64,000 nucleotides of DNA, taken from positions 207,656 through 271,655 of the forward strand of contig JACRFK010000003.1 of the NCBI GenBank assembly GCA_016217925.1, given 5' to 3'. Origin of the DNA: Candidatus Kaiserbacteria bacterium. GTDB lineage: Bacteria; Patescibacteriota; Minisyncoccia; Phycocordibacterales; UBA2100. Both the position numbers and the translations under genes were made by a program. The notes beneath the pieces are model-generated. The model was not told where the DNA came from. It saw nothing but the letters and a program-made list of their open reading frames with translations, and ran no database searches. The number at the start of each line of letters is the position of its first letter. Within the stretch, counting starts at the first letter, position 1. Shown piece by piece: positions 1-8,329 of the stretch.

Positions 1-782
1 TGCGCCTTCAGCATCAAGAACAGCGGAAACTCTTTGCGTGCCCTGTCTTCCGCCTCTGCCCTCGGCCCCTTCTCGCTCACACGGTGTGATATCCATTCTT
101 CGAGACCCGCGAGCGCGAAGCCGTGTTTGGCGAGTTCTTTCATATAAAGCTGGAGTGGACGGTGGTATGAAAGCGTCGTTGCACTTGGGTCGGAGCCGGG
201 GTGCATTTGAATGGTGTATGCGCTTTCTGAAAGATATTTGTCGACACGGCGAAATTGCACATCCGCATCTGCATCAAATCCCCACTCGGAATGTCGCGGG
301 ATGCGAAATGCGGGGTGATTGAGCACGATGACGAACGCGCCGCCCTGTTTGAGCAGATGCGAGACTTGTGCCAAGGCACCTGAAAGGTCTTTGATGTTTT
401 GGAGTGCGAGTACGCAGATAGCTGCATCAAAAGAAGAATCGGGTAGTGGCATGCGCGACGCCGGCGCCGCGAGGTAGTGAATGCCCGCGGGCCCCAGCTT
501 TTTCCCAATAGCGATGAGCTCCGGCGCGATATCGGCACCGGTCACGTGCGCACCCGCCGCCGCAAGCGCGCGCGAGAAGAATCCCTGCCCGCAGGCGACG
601 TCCAGAACTAATTTCCCTTTTACGTCGCCGAGCACGCGAAGCAAATTGGGCTTGATGACTTTCTCGTGGTACGTGTCGTCGGATTCCGAGACGTGTTCGT
701 GATACCAATTGGCCACATGCCCCCACGAAGTGTCCGATTTCTTCTTCGGGGCGGGCTTCCCTTTTTTCACTTCTCGCCGCAT
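1..782 (-). CDS. class I SAM-dependent methyltransferase (3' end runs past the window start)
   Basis: Manual minus-strand translation from ATG at 782..780: MRREVKK...KLVLDVACGQGFFSRALAAAGAHVTGADI (motif I). Frame stays open to position 1. Absent from ORF track because there is no stop in the window. Confidence 0.6.
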   Translation of the reverse strand, partial: MRREVKKGKPAPKKKSDTSWGHVANWYHEHVSESDDTYHEKVIKPNLLRVLGDVKGKLVLDVACGQGFFSRALAAAGAHVTGADIAPELIAIGKKLGPAGIHYLAAPASRMPLPDSSFDAAICVLALQNIKDLSGALAQVSHLLKQGGAFVIVLNHPAFRIPRHSEWGFDADADVQFRRVDKYLSESAYTIQMHPGSDPSATTLSYHRPLQLYMKELAKHGFALAGLEEWISHRVSEKGPRAEAEDRARKEFPLFLMLKA

Positions 783-1831
783 ATATCAATGAGTGCAAGC
801 TCCAGCGGCAAATACGGCACGGCTGCATATGCCATCTGCTGATACGCTTCAAGCAACGCCTTTAGGGTATCTGAATTCACACCCGGTTCCTTGGCAAGTT
901 CCTGGGCGAGAGCGAGGTCGGCTTCGGTCAATTCTTGTGCGAAGGATTTCGCTAGGTCGGGCGCATACCGAAGCAAAAGGACCGCGCGCAGACGGTGGAT
1001 GAGTAGCTTCGCGAGCGTGCGCGGGTCCATGTTGTCCTCGACGGTCTTTGCAACGACCGCGAGGCCTGCGGCGGCATTTTTCTTTGCGACGGCGGTAAGT
1101 AGCTGTCGGACGATTTCACCGCGCGGAGCGCCGGAGACGGCTTCCACTTCCGCCACCTCGATTTTTTTGTTACCGGAAACGGCAAGGACTTTTTGCAAAA
1201 TTGAAAGGGAGTCGCGGAACGAGCCTTCAGCGAGAAGTGCGATGAGCTCCGCCGCTGAACGTTCGAGTGTGTATCCCTCCTTCTTGGCGATATCGGCGAC
1301 GGTCTCGGCGAGCATTGCGCGCGTCGGCTGCTTGAATGCGTAAACTTCGCAGCGCGATTGTATGGTCTCCGGTACGCGGTCGCGGTCGGTCGTCGCGAGG
1401 ACAAATATCGCGTGCGATGGCGGTTCTTCCAAAGTCTTCAGAAATGCGTTCCACGCCTCTTTCGTGAGCATGTGCGCCTCGTCGATGATGTAAAACTTGT
1501 ACGGCGACTCGAACGGCATCGCGTAAACCCCTTCGCGCAAGAGTCGGATATCATCTATTCCCCGATTGGATGCGGCGTCTATTTCGTAAAGGTCTTTGTC
1601 GGAGACTCCGAGCTCGCGCGCGAGGATGCGCGCGACCGAAGTCTTACCCGTCCCCCGCCCGCCTGCAAAGAGGTACGCGTGCGCTACCTTCTTGTTCTTT
1701 ATCGCCTTTTCAAGCACGTCCACGACATGCGCCTGCCCCCGCACATCCTTAAATGTCGCCGGCCGGTAGGTGCGGTAAAGCGTCGCGTGCCGTGCTTCTT
1801 TCTTCACCCCGTTAGAAGCTTTGCCTATCAT
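767..1831 (-). CDS. dnaX: DNA polymerase III subunit gamma/tau (short form)
   Basis: 354 aa; Walker A GGRGTGKTS, DEAH-like IIDEAHML, clamp-loader AAA+ architecture. Confidence 0.85.
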   Translation of the reverse strand: MIGKASNGVKKEARHATLYRTYRPATFKDVRGQAHVVDVLEKAIKNKKVAHAYLFAGGRGTGKTSVARILARELGVSDKDLYEIDAASNRGIDDIRLLREGVYAMPFESPYKFYIIDEAHMLTKEAWNAFLKTLEEPPSHAIFVLATTDRDRVPETIQSRCEVYAFKQPTRAMLAETVADIAKKEGYTLERSAAELIALLAEGSFRDSLSILQKVLAVSGNKKIEVAEVEAVSGAPRGEIVRQLLTAVAKKNAAAGLAVVAKTVEDNMDPRTLAKLLIHRLRAVLLLRYAPDLAKSFAQELTEADLALAQELAKEPGVNSDTLKALLEAYQQMAYAAVPYLPLELALIDICGEK

Positions 1832-2055
1832 AGAAAAAAGTTACGCAGTGGGTAACGGAAAGATTGCGAACGTGTCTTTTGCTGGCTTCTAACGGGGTTC
1901 ATTCGGACAGTATACATAGAAGACTGCGTCTTATGTAGCACCTTCGCTCGCAAATCATATTAACCTGCGGTTCATGCGATATTGCTCGCTAGGCGCTATA
2001 AAAAAAGTCGGCCGGCGGAACCGCATAGAGTTGCATTCCGTCGGCCGTACTGTCC

Positions 2056-2748
2056 CTATGTGCTATCGAGCGAGTCTAGAGAGCCTGGCTTCCCAGTCAC
2101 ATCCCATGTCTCGACCCATCGCAAGTATGCTAGTCGCACGATGAGGCGTTTGTGCGTCCGCACTTTGATATGCTGTATCCTTAACGTCTTGTAGATATCG
2201 TTGAAGTTTCTATTTACTGTCAAGGGCTCAGTTTCCATCTCTGCGGCTATTTGCCTGGCCGTTTCGTATCCCATGCGGAGATGCATCAGCGTGGCTCGTT
2301 TTCGCGCAGGCAACGAGTTGACCCCTTCTGCCAACGCATCGAGGTTGAGTTTGTAGTAGCCGATAATGTCGGGCGGCACTTCAGGCCGGCCGCGGCCCGT
2401 TCCCCGAAGTTTGGCATTCTTTTTTGGGGATTGAGCATGCTGTGTAGCAGCAACCTGTGCGCTTGCGCGACACATTTCGGCGAACTTTTTGTACGAGCTG
2501 CCGATAGCTCGGAGCATCGCCTTTTCGCTACTCAGGCCGTAGAGGTTGAGTTTGCCGCACATACCGGTGAAAAGCTCGCGCGCGCTTTCCTTGTCCGTCC
2601 CGCGACGGACTTTGATCTGCAGCTGGGTATCTATTTTTGGTAGATCATTCCCGAGAGCGAGCTGCCTCGCGACGAACAGTTCGTCCTCGCTGAAGCGCAG
2701 AAAGGTACTGTAGACCTCTGCGTTCAACGGTTGATCGGTTGAGTTCAT
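2056..2748 (-). CDS. DNA-binding protein with C-terminal sigma-70 region-4-like HTH
   Basis: 230 aa ORF; LPARKRATLMHLRMGYETARQIAAEMETEPLTVNRNFNDIYKTL resembles sigma region 4. Confidence 0.4.
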   Translation of the reverse strand: MNSTDQPLNAEVYSTFLRFSEDELFVARQLALGNDLPKIDTQLQIKVRRGTDKESARELFTGMCGKLNLYGLSSEKAMLRAIGSSYKKFAEMCRASAQVAATQHAQSPKKNAKLRGTGRGRPEVPPDIIGYYKLNLDALAEGVNSLPARKRATLMHLRMGYETARQIAAEMETEPLTVNRNFNDIYKTLRIQHIKVRTHKRLIVRLAYLRWVETWDVTGKPGSLDSLDST

Positions 2749-2837
2749 GGATGTATCCCCGCTGTTTCGAGTTAAACTTCAAACCTTCGCGCCCTTTCTA
2801 GATTGTGAAAGAGCAGCTAACGGGCACCATAACCTTT

Positions 2838-3797
2838 TTACGAGTTTCCGCCAAGAATGAATTTTGCCTCATCTGCGGTATTCGTTTCCATAAGCTTCAC
2901 GCGCAATTCTTTGGCCCCGTCCCAGCCCGAAATATAAGCTTTGAAATGTTTCTTCATGGTGGCGTAGTTGACACTGTCTCCCAGCAATTCGTCGAAAAGT
3001 GTGAGGTGTTCGATGAGTGCGCTGATACGTTCCTGTGGCGCCGGCAATTCAGTGCGGTCCGAAAAAAGCCACGGATTTCCAAAGACGGCGCGGCCGAGCA
3101 TCACGCCGTCGCATTTCGTCTCCGCAGCTTTCGCGCGCGCGTCGTTCAAGTCTTTCACGTCGCCGTTCCCCGCGATGAGCGTTTTGGAGCCGAGCGAATC
3201 GCGGATGGCGACCGCGCGCGCGACGGCATCCCACCGTGCCGGCACATCCGACATCTCTTTGCGCGTGCGTGCGTGAAGTGTGACGAGCGCGGGTTCTTCG
3301 GCAAGCAGCTCCGACAGCCACGTATCGAGCTCGTCTTTGTTATAACCGATACGGGTTTTGACGGAAACGGGCAACCCGCTTTTCTTCGCCGCACGGATAA
3401 GCTCGCGCGCAAGGCTGGGATTCTTGATGAGCGCGGCACCACATCCACTTTTCTCTACCGCTTTGTCAGGGCATCCCATGTTGATATCGAAACCGTCAAA
3501 ACCAAGCTCGGCGCAGAGACGTGCCGCGGCTTCCATGCGTTCCGGCGACGAGGTGAAAAGCTGCGCCACGATAGGCCGTTCTGCCTCATCGTATAAAAGT
3601 TTCTTCAGGAGCTTGACCTTGCCGTCTTCCGGAGCGAGGATAAGACCGTCGGCCGAAGTAAACTCCGTGTACATCACGCGCGGGACGTCGGGCGAACTAT
3701 GTTGTGCGATAAGCCGCCGGAATGCTGCATCCGTCACATCCTCCATGGGTGCCTGGATAAAAAACGGTTTTGGTAGCGTGTGCCAAAAGTCTTCCAT
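2838..3797 (-). CDS. dus: tRNA-dihydrouridine synthase
   Basis: FIQAPMEDVTDAAFRRL, GFDGFDINMGCPDKAV, KTRIGYN motifs (Dus TIM barrel). Start taken at internal MEDFWH. Confidence 0.8.
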   Translation of the reverse strand: MEDFWHTLPKPFFIQAPMEDVTDAAFRRLIAQHSSPDVPRVMYTEFTSADGLILAPEDGKVKLLKKLLYDEAERPIVAQLFTSSPERMEAAARLCAELGFDGFDINMGCPDKAVEKSGCGAALIKNPSLARELIRAAKKSGLPVSVKTRIGYNKDELDTWLSELLAEEPALVTLHARTRKEMSDVPARWDAVARAVAIRDSLGSKTLIAGNGDVKDLNDARAKAAETKCDGVMLGRAVFGNPWLFSDRTELPAPQERISALIEHLTLFDELLGDSVNYATMKKHFKAYISGWDGAKELRVKLMETNTADEAKFILGGNS

Positions 3798-3811
3798 GCG
3801 GGCACGATAAC

Positions 3812-4180
3812 ATGAGCGCGTTGACATCCGAACCAGGCTTGGGCACCATGCAGGTCGGCCGTTGTGGAGGGGCCGTGCTCATGACTACACCCAAACCCGT
3901 GAGCGGCGTTGGACTGCTCACCGAACCAGGACTGTTGGCCGCGCAAGCGCTGTTCAACGTTCTCGAAGAGGGCGCCAAGACGAACAGCAGGAACATCGAT
4001 GACCTGAAGGACGCTCTCAAAAATGGCCTTCTCGAGTTGAACGACGAGGAGACCGATCAACTGAGGCCAATCTTCGCAGCGCTCGGCGAATCGGAATTTG
4101 CTGCGAAGCACCTGAGGAACGCGTCCCAGAAACCCGCAGCCATCGGGACAGTTGAGGGACCCCAGGGAAGCTTTTCCTAA
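3812..4180 (+). CDS. hypothetical protein
   Basis: Plus-strand ORF, more protein-like than the overlapping minus ORF; followed by an intrinsic terminator. Confidence 0.35.
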   Translation: MSALTSEPGLGTMQVGRCGGAVLMTTPKPVSGVGLLTEPGLLAAQALFNVLEEGAKTNSRNIDDLKDALKNGLLELNDEETDQLRPIFAALGESEFAAKHLRNASQKPAAIGTVEGPQGSFS

Positions 4181-4208
4181 GCGCAAGGTCCACAACATAC
4201 GGCAATCA

Positions 4209-4237
4209 AGGCGACCGCAATGGCCGCCTTTTTTGTT
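4209..4237 (+). terminator. rho-independent terminator
   Basis: GGCGACCGCAATGGCCGCC hairpin followed by TTTTTTG. Confidence 0.55.
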
Positions 4238-4335
4238 TGTCATTTTTTGACATTAATACAAAGAAGGGTTATAATCATCGTGGCGGAGAAATTGTTCAAC
4301 CACTTACCGCCAAGTCATTTGGAATGGGGCTGGTA

Positions 4336-4617
4336 ATGAAATCAAGAAAAAAAGCCCGAGGTCGGCCGACTTTGGGTAAACGTGCGAGCAAGGCAATCGC
4401 TGAGGGGAATACTGGGCCGAAAGTCAACCCAGTAGCATTGCAGAAGAGTCTGCAGGCTCTCCTGGACGCTGACAAGCATCCCGGCGACGAGGCAATTGCC
4501 GTGATTGCAGACTTGCGTCACTTGGCCGCTGTGCCGGCAGAGGCAAAACCCCTGATCGAAAGAGTTCTCGCAAAGTATCCGTACACCAAGCGAGAACGGT
4601 TTAACTGGTGGAAATAG
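4336..4617 (+). CDS. hypothetical small basic protein
   Basis: ORF 4237..4617; likely start MKSRKKARGRP after a GGAATGGGG RBS-like stretch; terminator follows. Confidence 0.35.
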   Translation: MKSRKKARGRPTLGKRASKAIAEGNTGPKVNPVALQKSLQALLDADKHPGDEAIAVIADLRHLAAVPAEAKPLIERVLAKYPYTKRERFNWWK

Positions 4618-4625
4618 ACGTAACT

Positions 4626-4650
4626 CGGGCGGCCCACGTGGCCGCCCGTT
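4626..4650. terminator. bidirectional intrinsic terminator
   Basis: GGGCGGCCACGTGGCCGCCC perfect palindrome with T-run; lies between convergent genes. Confidence 0.6.
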
Positions 4651-4651
4651 T

Positions 4652-5647
4652 CTATTGTGCGTTTTGCTGTGCCTGCCCATTTCCGCCGAAGGCGGATTCT
4701 CCTCCGGAGAACAATTTGTAATACGCGCGGTTGGTGAAGCGGAGATCTATATATTCAAGCTTGTCCCGTTTATCCTTCAACACGTCCGATGAAAGCACGA
4801 GTTGCAAATTTTTCACGAGAGTGTTCGCATCAGCGCCGTATGAGGCTTTGATGGTAAAACCTTCTCCAAGCTGCACGAAAAAGTCCTGGTCGTTATCCAC
4901 GTGTGCTCCGAGCGGGGTGAGGCCCGCCTGCCCCAAGAGCTTGAGGAGCGAGAGCATGCCCGGCAAGTGCGCCTGAACGAACGACTCCCCTAACGGGTAG
5001 GTCGAGGTGGCAGTCACCTCCTGCGCGGGTAGCCCCCCGGCAAAAACATACTGCGTACTCGAGGTGGCGGTGCCAGCCCAACCCATCGGTGCGTAAATAA
5101 ATCCACTCGCGTCCATCAGATAGCAGTATCCCTGTTGGATTCCAGTGCACCAACGGGCAAACGGCTCACGCTCCTCTATCGTAATAACGATGTCCGTCGC
5201 AAATACGGAAGGCCGTGAAATGTGGACTGATTTAACGGGATGAAAAGATGCGATTGCCTTCTCGAGTTCCACCTGCGGATACAAAAAGATATTACGGCGC
5301 GAGAGAACATGGTACGCGCCGTCGTCGAGTACCGTCTCGACGAAACGTTTGACGTGTTCTTCTTTCATGCCCTTGGCACCCACGACAGAAATGCCGGATA
5401 CGTTGAACTGCGGAAGGTACGAGGCCCAACTCACCCCATAAAAAATCGCACCGCATAGAACGAGGACAGCGAGCGCAAAGACTGCGCGCACGCGCCGACG
5501 CCTTGCGCGCAGGGGCATCGGCCGCTTCGGCGGCTCGGGAGCGCGCGGACCCTGCAGAGAAAAAAGCGGCACCTGCCCGCGCGGCGGGCTCTTCGGCGCA
5601 CGGCCGCCCCGTAAATCAATGACTCCACTACTTTTTTTCGATTGCAT
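4652..5647 (-). CDS. ftsQ: cell division protein FtsQ/DivIB-like (POTRA domain)
   Basis: N-terminal TM (VFALAVLVLCGAIFY), POTRA-like VKSVHISRPSVFATDIVITIEEREP. C-terminal tail SGGESAFGG is encoded by a copy of the ~30-nt palindromic element. Confidence 0.55.
   Translation of the reverse strand: MQSKKSSGVIDLRGGRAPKSPPRGQVPLFSLQGPRAPEPPKRPMPLRARRRRVRAVFALAVLVLCGAIFYGVSWASYLPQFNVSGISVVGAKGMKEEHVKRFVETVLDDGAYHVLSRRNIFLYPQVELEKAIASFHPVKSVHISRPSVFATDIVITIEEREPFARWCTGIQQGYCYLMDASGFIYAPMGWAGTATSSTQYVFAGGLPAQEVTATSTYPLGESFVQAHLPGMLSLLKLLGQAGLTPLGAHVDNDQDFFVQLGEGFTIKASYGADANTLVKNLQLVLSSDVLKDKRDKLEYIDLRFTNRAYYKLFSGGESAFGGNGQAQQNAQ
4682..4711. repeat. ~30-nt palindromic in-frame element (GG-Ser-rich coding), copy in ftsQ 3' end
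   Basis: CCGCCGAAGGCGGATTCTCCTCCGGAGAA; about 85% identical to copies in gyrA, pth and the GIY-YIG gene. Confidence 0.7.
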
Positions 5648-6896
5648 CTTTGCCCATGTAGCCCCGCAAGACGTCGGGGATCGTTATTGAGCCGTCCGCA
5701 CGCTGATTGTTCTCGACGAGCTGGCAGAGGATGCGCGGCATCGCGAGCGCAGTGTTGTTGAGCGAGTGGACGTAGCGCACGGTACCGTTCTCATCGCGAT
5801 AGCGGATGTTGAGGCGTCGCGTCTGGAAATCGTGGAAATACGAAGACGAGTGTGTCTCGCGATATTTTTTCTCGCTCGGCATCCATGCTTCGATGTCATA
5901 CTTTTTCACCTGGCCCAATCCCAAGTCGCCCCCGCAATTGACGACCACGCGGTACGGCAATTTGAGTTCTTGGAGCAGCGCCTCGGAATTCGCGGTGAGC
6001 TCTTCGTGCAGCTTTACCGACTCCTCGTGGCTCGCTTCGCAGAGCACGACTTGCTCGTATTTTACGAATTCATGTATGCGGAAAATCCCTTTCGTATCTT
6101 TGCCGTGACTCCCCGCTTCACGGCGGAAGCACGGCGAGAAGGCGAAGAATTTGATAGGAAGGTCTTTCTTGTCGAGTATCTCTTCCATGTAATAGCCCAT
6201 CGAGGCGACCTCTGCGGTGCCCGCGAGATATTCTCCATCCTGCGTCTTGTAGAGGTCATCCTCGGATTGCGGTAAATAGCCCGTGCCGACGAATGATTCG
6301 CGGCGCACGAGTGAGGGGACGATTATCGGCGTGAAATCTTTTTTTGAAAAGCGGTCCTCCACGAACCGTTGGAGCGCCCACACCAGCCGCGCGCCGTCGT
6401 TTTTCAAAAAGTAGCCGCGGAAGCCCGCGACTTTGGCACCGCGCTCATAATCCGCCATGTCGTGGGCGAGCAAAAGCTCGCTGTGCGTCTTGGGCTCGAA
6501 ATCGAATGCTGGCTTTTCGCCCCACGCCCTGACCTCCTGATTGTCTGCGTCGGACGTGCCTTCCGGCACCGACATGTCTGGAACATTCGGGACAAGCACC
6601 ATCATCGCGCGCCACTCTTTTAGAATGGCCTGCATTGATTCCTCGGCGAGCTTGAGGGTCTCTTTCACACCCTGCATACGGGCGATGACTTCCTGCTTTT
6701 CGGTGTCTGACTTGGCCGATGCGATGGCATCCGATGCGATATTCTGCTCTGCGCGTTTCTCGTCTATCGTCATCTGCAACTCCCGCCGCTTGTCATCGAT
6801 TGAGAGGAGTTTGTCGATGTCTATCTCGATGTGCTTTTTCTTCGCGCCCGCGGCGACAATATCCTTGTTTTCTCTGATAAACTTAATATCCAACAT
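5628..6896 (-). CDS. serS: seryl-tRNA synthetase
   Basis: 422 aa; N-terminal coiled-coil MLDIKFIRENKD, class II core motifs FRREAGSHGKDTKGIFRIHEF. Confidence 0.9.
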   Translation of the reverse strand: MLDIKFIRENKDIVAAGAKKKHIEIDIDKLLSIDDKRRELQMTIDEKRAEQNIASDAIASAKSDTEKQEVIARMQGVKETLKLAEESMQAILKEWRAMMVLVPNVPDMSVPEGTSDADNQEVRAWGEKPAFDFEPKTHSELLLAHDMADYERGAKVAGFRGYFLKNDGARLVWALQRFVEDRFSKKDFTPIIVPSLVRRESFVGTGYLPQSEDDLYKTQDGEYLAGTAEVASMGYYMEEILDKKDLPIKFFAFSPCFRREAGSHGKDTKGIFRIHEFVKYEQVVLCEASHEESVKLHEELTANSEALLQELKLPYRVVVNCGGDLGLGQVKKYDIEAWMPSEKKYRETHSSSYFHDFQTRRLNIRYRDENGTVRYVHSLNNTALAMPRILCQLVENNQRADGSITIPDVLRGYMGKDAIEKK

Positions 6897-6913
6897 ATCA
6901 CGATGATACCATC

Positions 6914-7780
6914 ATGGCGGACGACCTCAAATTACTTTCCCCACACGAGTTCCCGCCACTCCTCAGGGAAATTTCTGACCCGCCGAAGCAATTGCACCAG
7001 CGGGGCGTGATGCCGAGCACCGAGCACAAGTGGCTCGCGGTCGTCGGCTCTCGTGCAATGACGAACTACGGCAAGCAGGCCGTACGCCATCTTATAGAAG
7101 GCCTCCGCGGCTATCCTGTCGTCATCGTGAGCGGGCTTGCGTACGGCGTGGATGCCGAGGCGCACAAAGCGGCGCTTGAGGCCGGCCTCACGACAGTCGC
7201 GGTGCCAGGCTCCGGACTCGACTGGAACGTGCTGTATCCCCGGGCGAATGTGGGCCTCGCGCGCGAGATATTGAAAGCGGGTGGTACGCTCTTGTCAGAA
7301 TTCAAACCGGAGCAAAAAGCGACGGACTACACTTTTCCACAGCGCAACCGCATCATGGCGGGGCTCTCGCACGCGACGCTCGTCGTCGAGGCAAAGGAGA
7401 AATCGGGCTCGCTCATCACCGCGAAGCTCGTCACCGAATACAACCGAGAACTGCTCGTCGTGCCCGGCTCCATATTCTCGGCCGAAAGCAAGGGCACACA
7501 CCAATTCCTGCGGCTCGGTGCGACGGCCGTGACTTCGCCCGAAGACATCCTCGTCGCTCTCGGAATCGCGAAACGAGAAGGCCCGGCGTCTTGGGCGGAA
7601 ATGCGTGAAGGTCTTTCGGCCGACGAGCTGAGGGTGTTCGAGATAATTCATTCGCCCGTATCCCGCGACGAGCTCATCGGCGAACTCGAACTGCCGATTA
7701 CCGAAGCGAATGTGCTGCTCTCCACGATGGAGATCAAAGGGTTGATAGTGGAGGAGCTTGGTGTCGTCCGGATGCGGTAG
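6914..7780 (+). CDS. dprA: DNA processing protein DprA (Smf)
   Basis: GSRAMTNYGKQAVRHLIEGL...VVIVSGLAYGVDAEAH Rossmann-like DprA core. Confidence 0.85.
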   Translation: MADDLKLLSPHEFPPLLREISDPPKQLHQRGVMPSTEHKWLAVVGSRAMTNYGKQAVRHLIEGLRGYPVVIVSGLAYGVDAEAHKAALEAGLTTVAVPGSGLDWNVLYPRANVGLAREILKAGGTLLSEFKPEQKATDYTFPQRNRIMAGLSHATLVVEAKEKSGSLITAKLVTEYNRELLVVPGSIFSAESKGTHQFLRLGATAVTSPEDILVALGIAKREGPASWAEMREGLSADELRVFEIIHSPVSRDELIGELELPITEANVLLSTMEIKGLIVEELGVVRMR

Positions 7781-8145
7781 TGTTGCAAAGCCAGTAAAAT
7801 CAATGTATAAAGCAGGCCGCTCTGTGTTGTTGTTGTGTAGGCGTACACCGCGTTCCCCAAACGACACCGAGGGAGATGTCCCGTGTCACGACGAAGAATT
7901 GATTGGTATGAACTTGGTACAGCGCGGAAGAAAACGGCCGCGATACGATGCGTCATGCAGAGACTTCGCAAGAACAAAAAGCGCGTGACGGGGGATGCCG
8001 TCACCGCCCGCTTCAAAAACGTATCGCGTGGTGGCGTGATCACGCATTGCTGGCGTTACGGTCCTCGACTTCCAAAGGCGCGCTCGAGTGCGGGCTCACG
8101 CAAGTGGCCGCGTCCGCTGACGCGAACGCATTGGCGATGAGCAAG

Positions 8146-8175
8146 ATGCCCGGCGCGAAAGCGCCGGGCCATTTT
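8146..8175 (+). terminator. rho-independent terminator
   Basis: GCCCGGCGCGAAAGCGCCGGGC followed by CATTTTT. Confidence 0.55.
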
Positions 8176-8224
8176 TATCTGCACCATTTGACATATGGTA
8201 CTCTTCTGGAGTATGACTACCCGC

Positions 8225-8329
8225 CATGAATCCCGCCCTTTCAGCGCGATATTATTTCTGCGAAATACTGATACTGTTCGATATGTCATCTTGCGTACCA
8301 ATCGTTATTAGCGTAGAAAGGGCGGGATG
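8225..8329 (+). promoter_or_regulatory. long-range inverted repeat whose 3' arm ends at the topA start codon
   Basis: CATGAATCCCGCCCTTTC (8225..8242) pairs with GAAAGGGCGGGAT (8316..8328) immediately before ATG 8327. The same 13-18-nt motif recurs at 31865 and 48297. Confidence 0.4.

Noticed and set aside
140-852. Multiple overlapping ORFs at 38..852 on both strands
   Set aside because: These are typical spurious frames of 60% GC DNA (Arg/Ala/Cys-rich). The minus-strand frame that reads as a class I methyltransferase runs off the window and explains the region.
1832-2055. Looked for an SRP RNA (ffs) upstream of dnaX, as in the Firmicute ffs-dnaX arrangement
   Set aside because: Neither strand shows the domain-IV GGAA tetraloop flanked by AGGUC...GGAAGCAGC. 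Only generic GC hairpins are present, so it is left unannotated.
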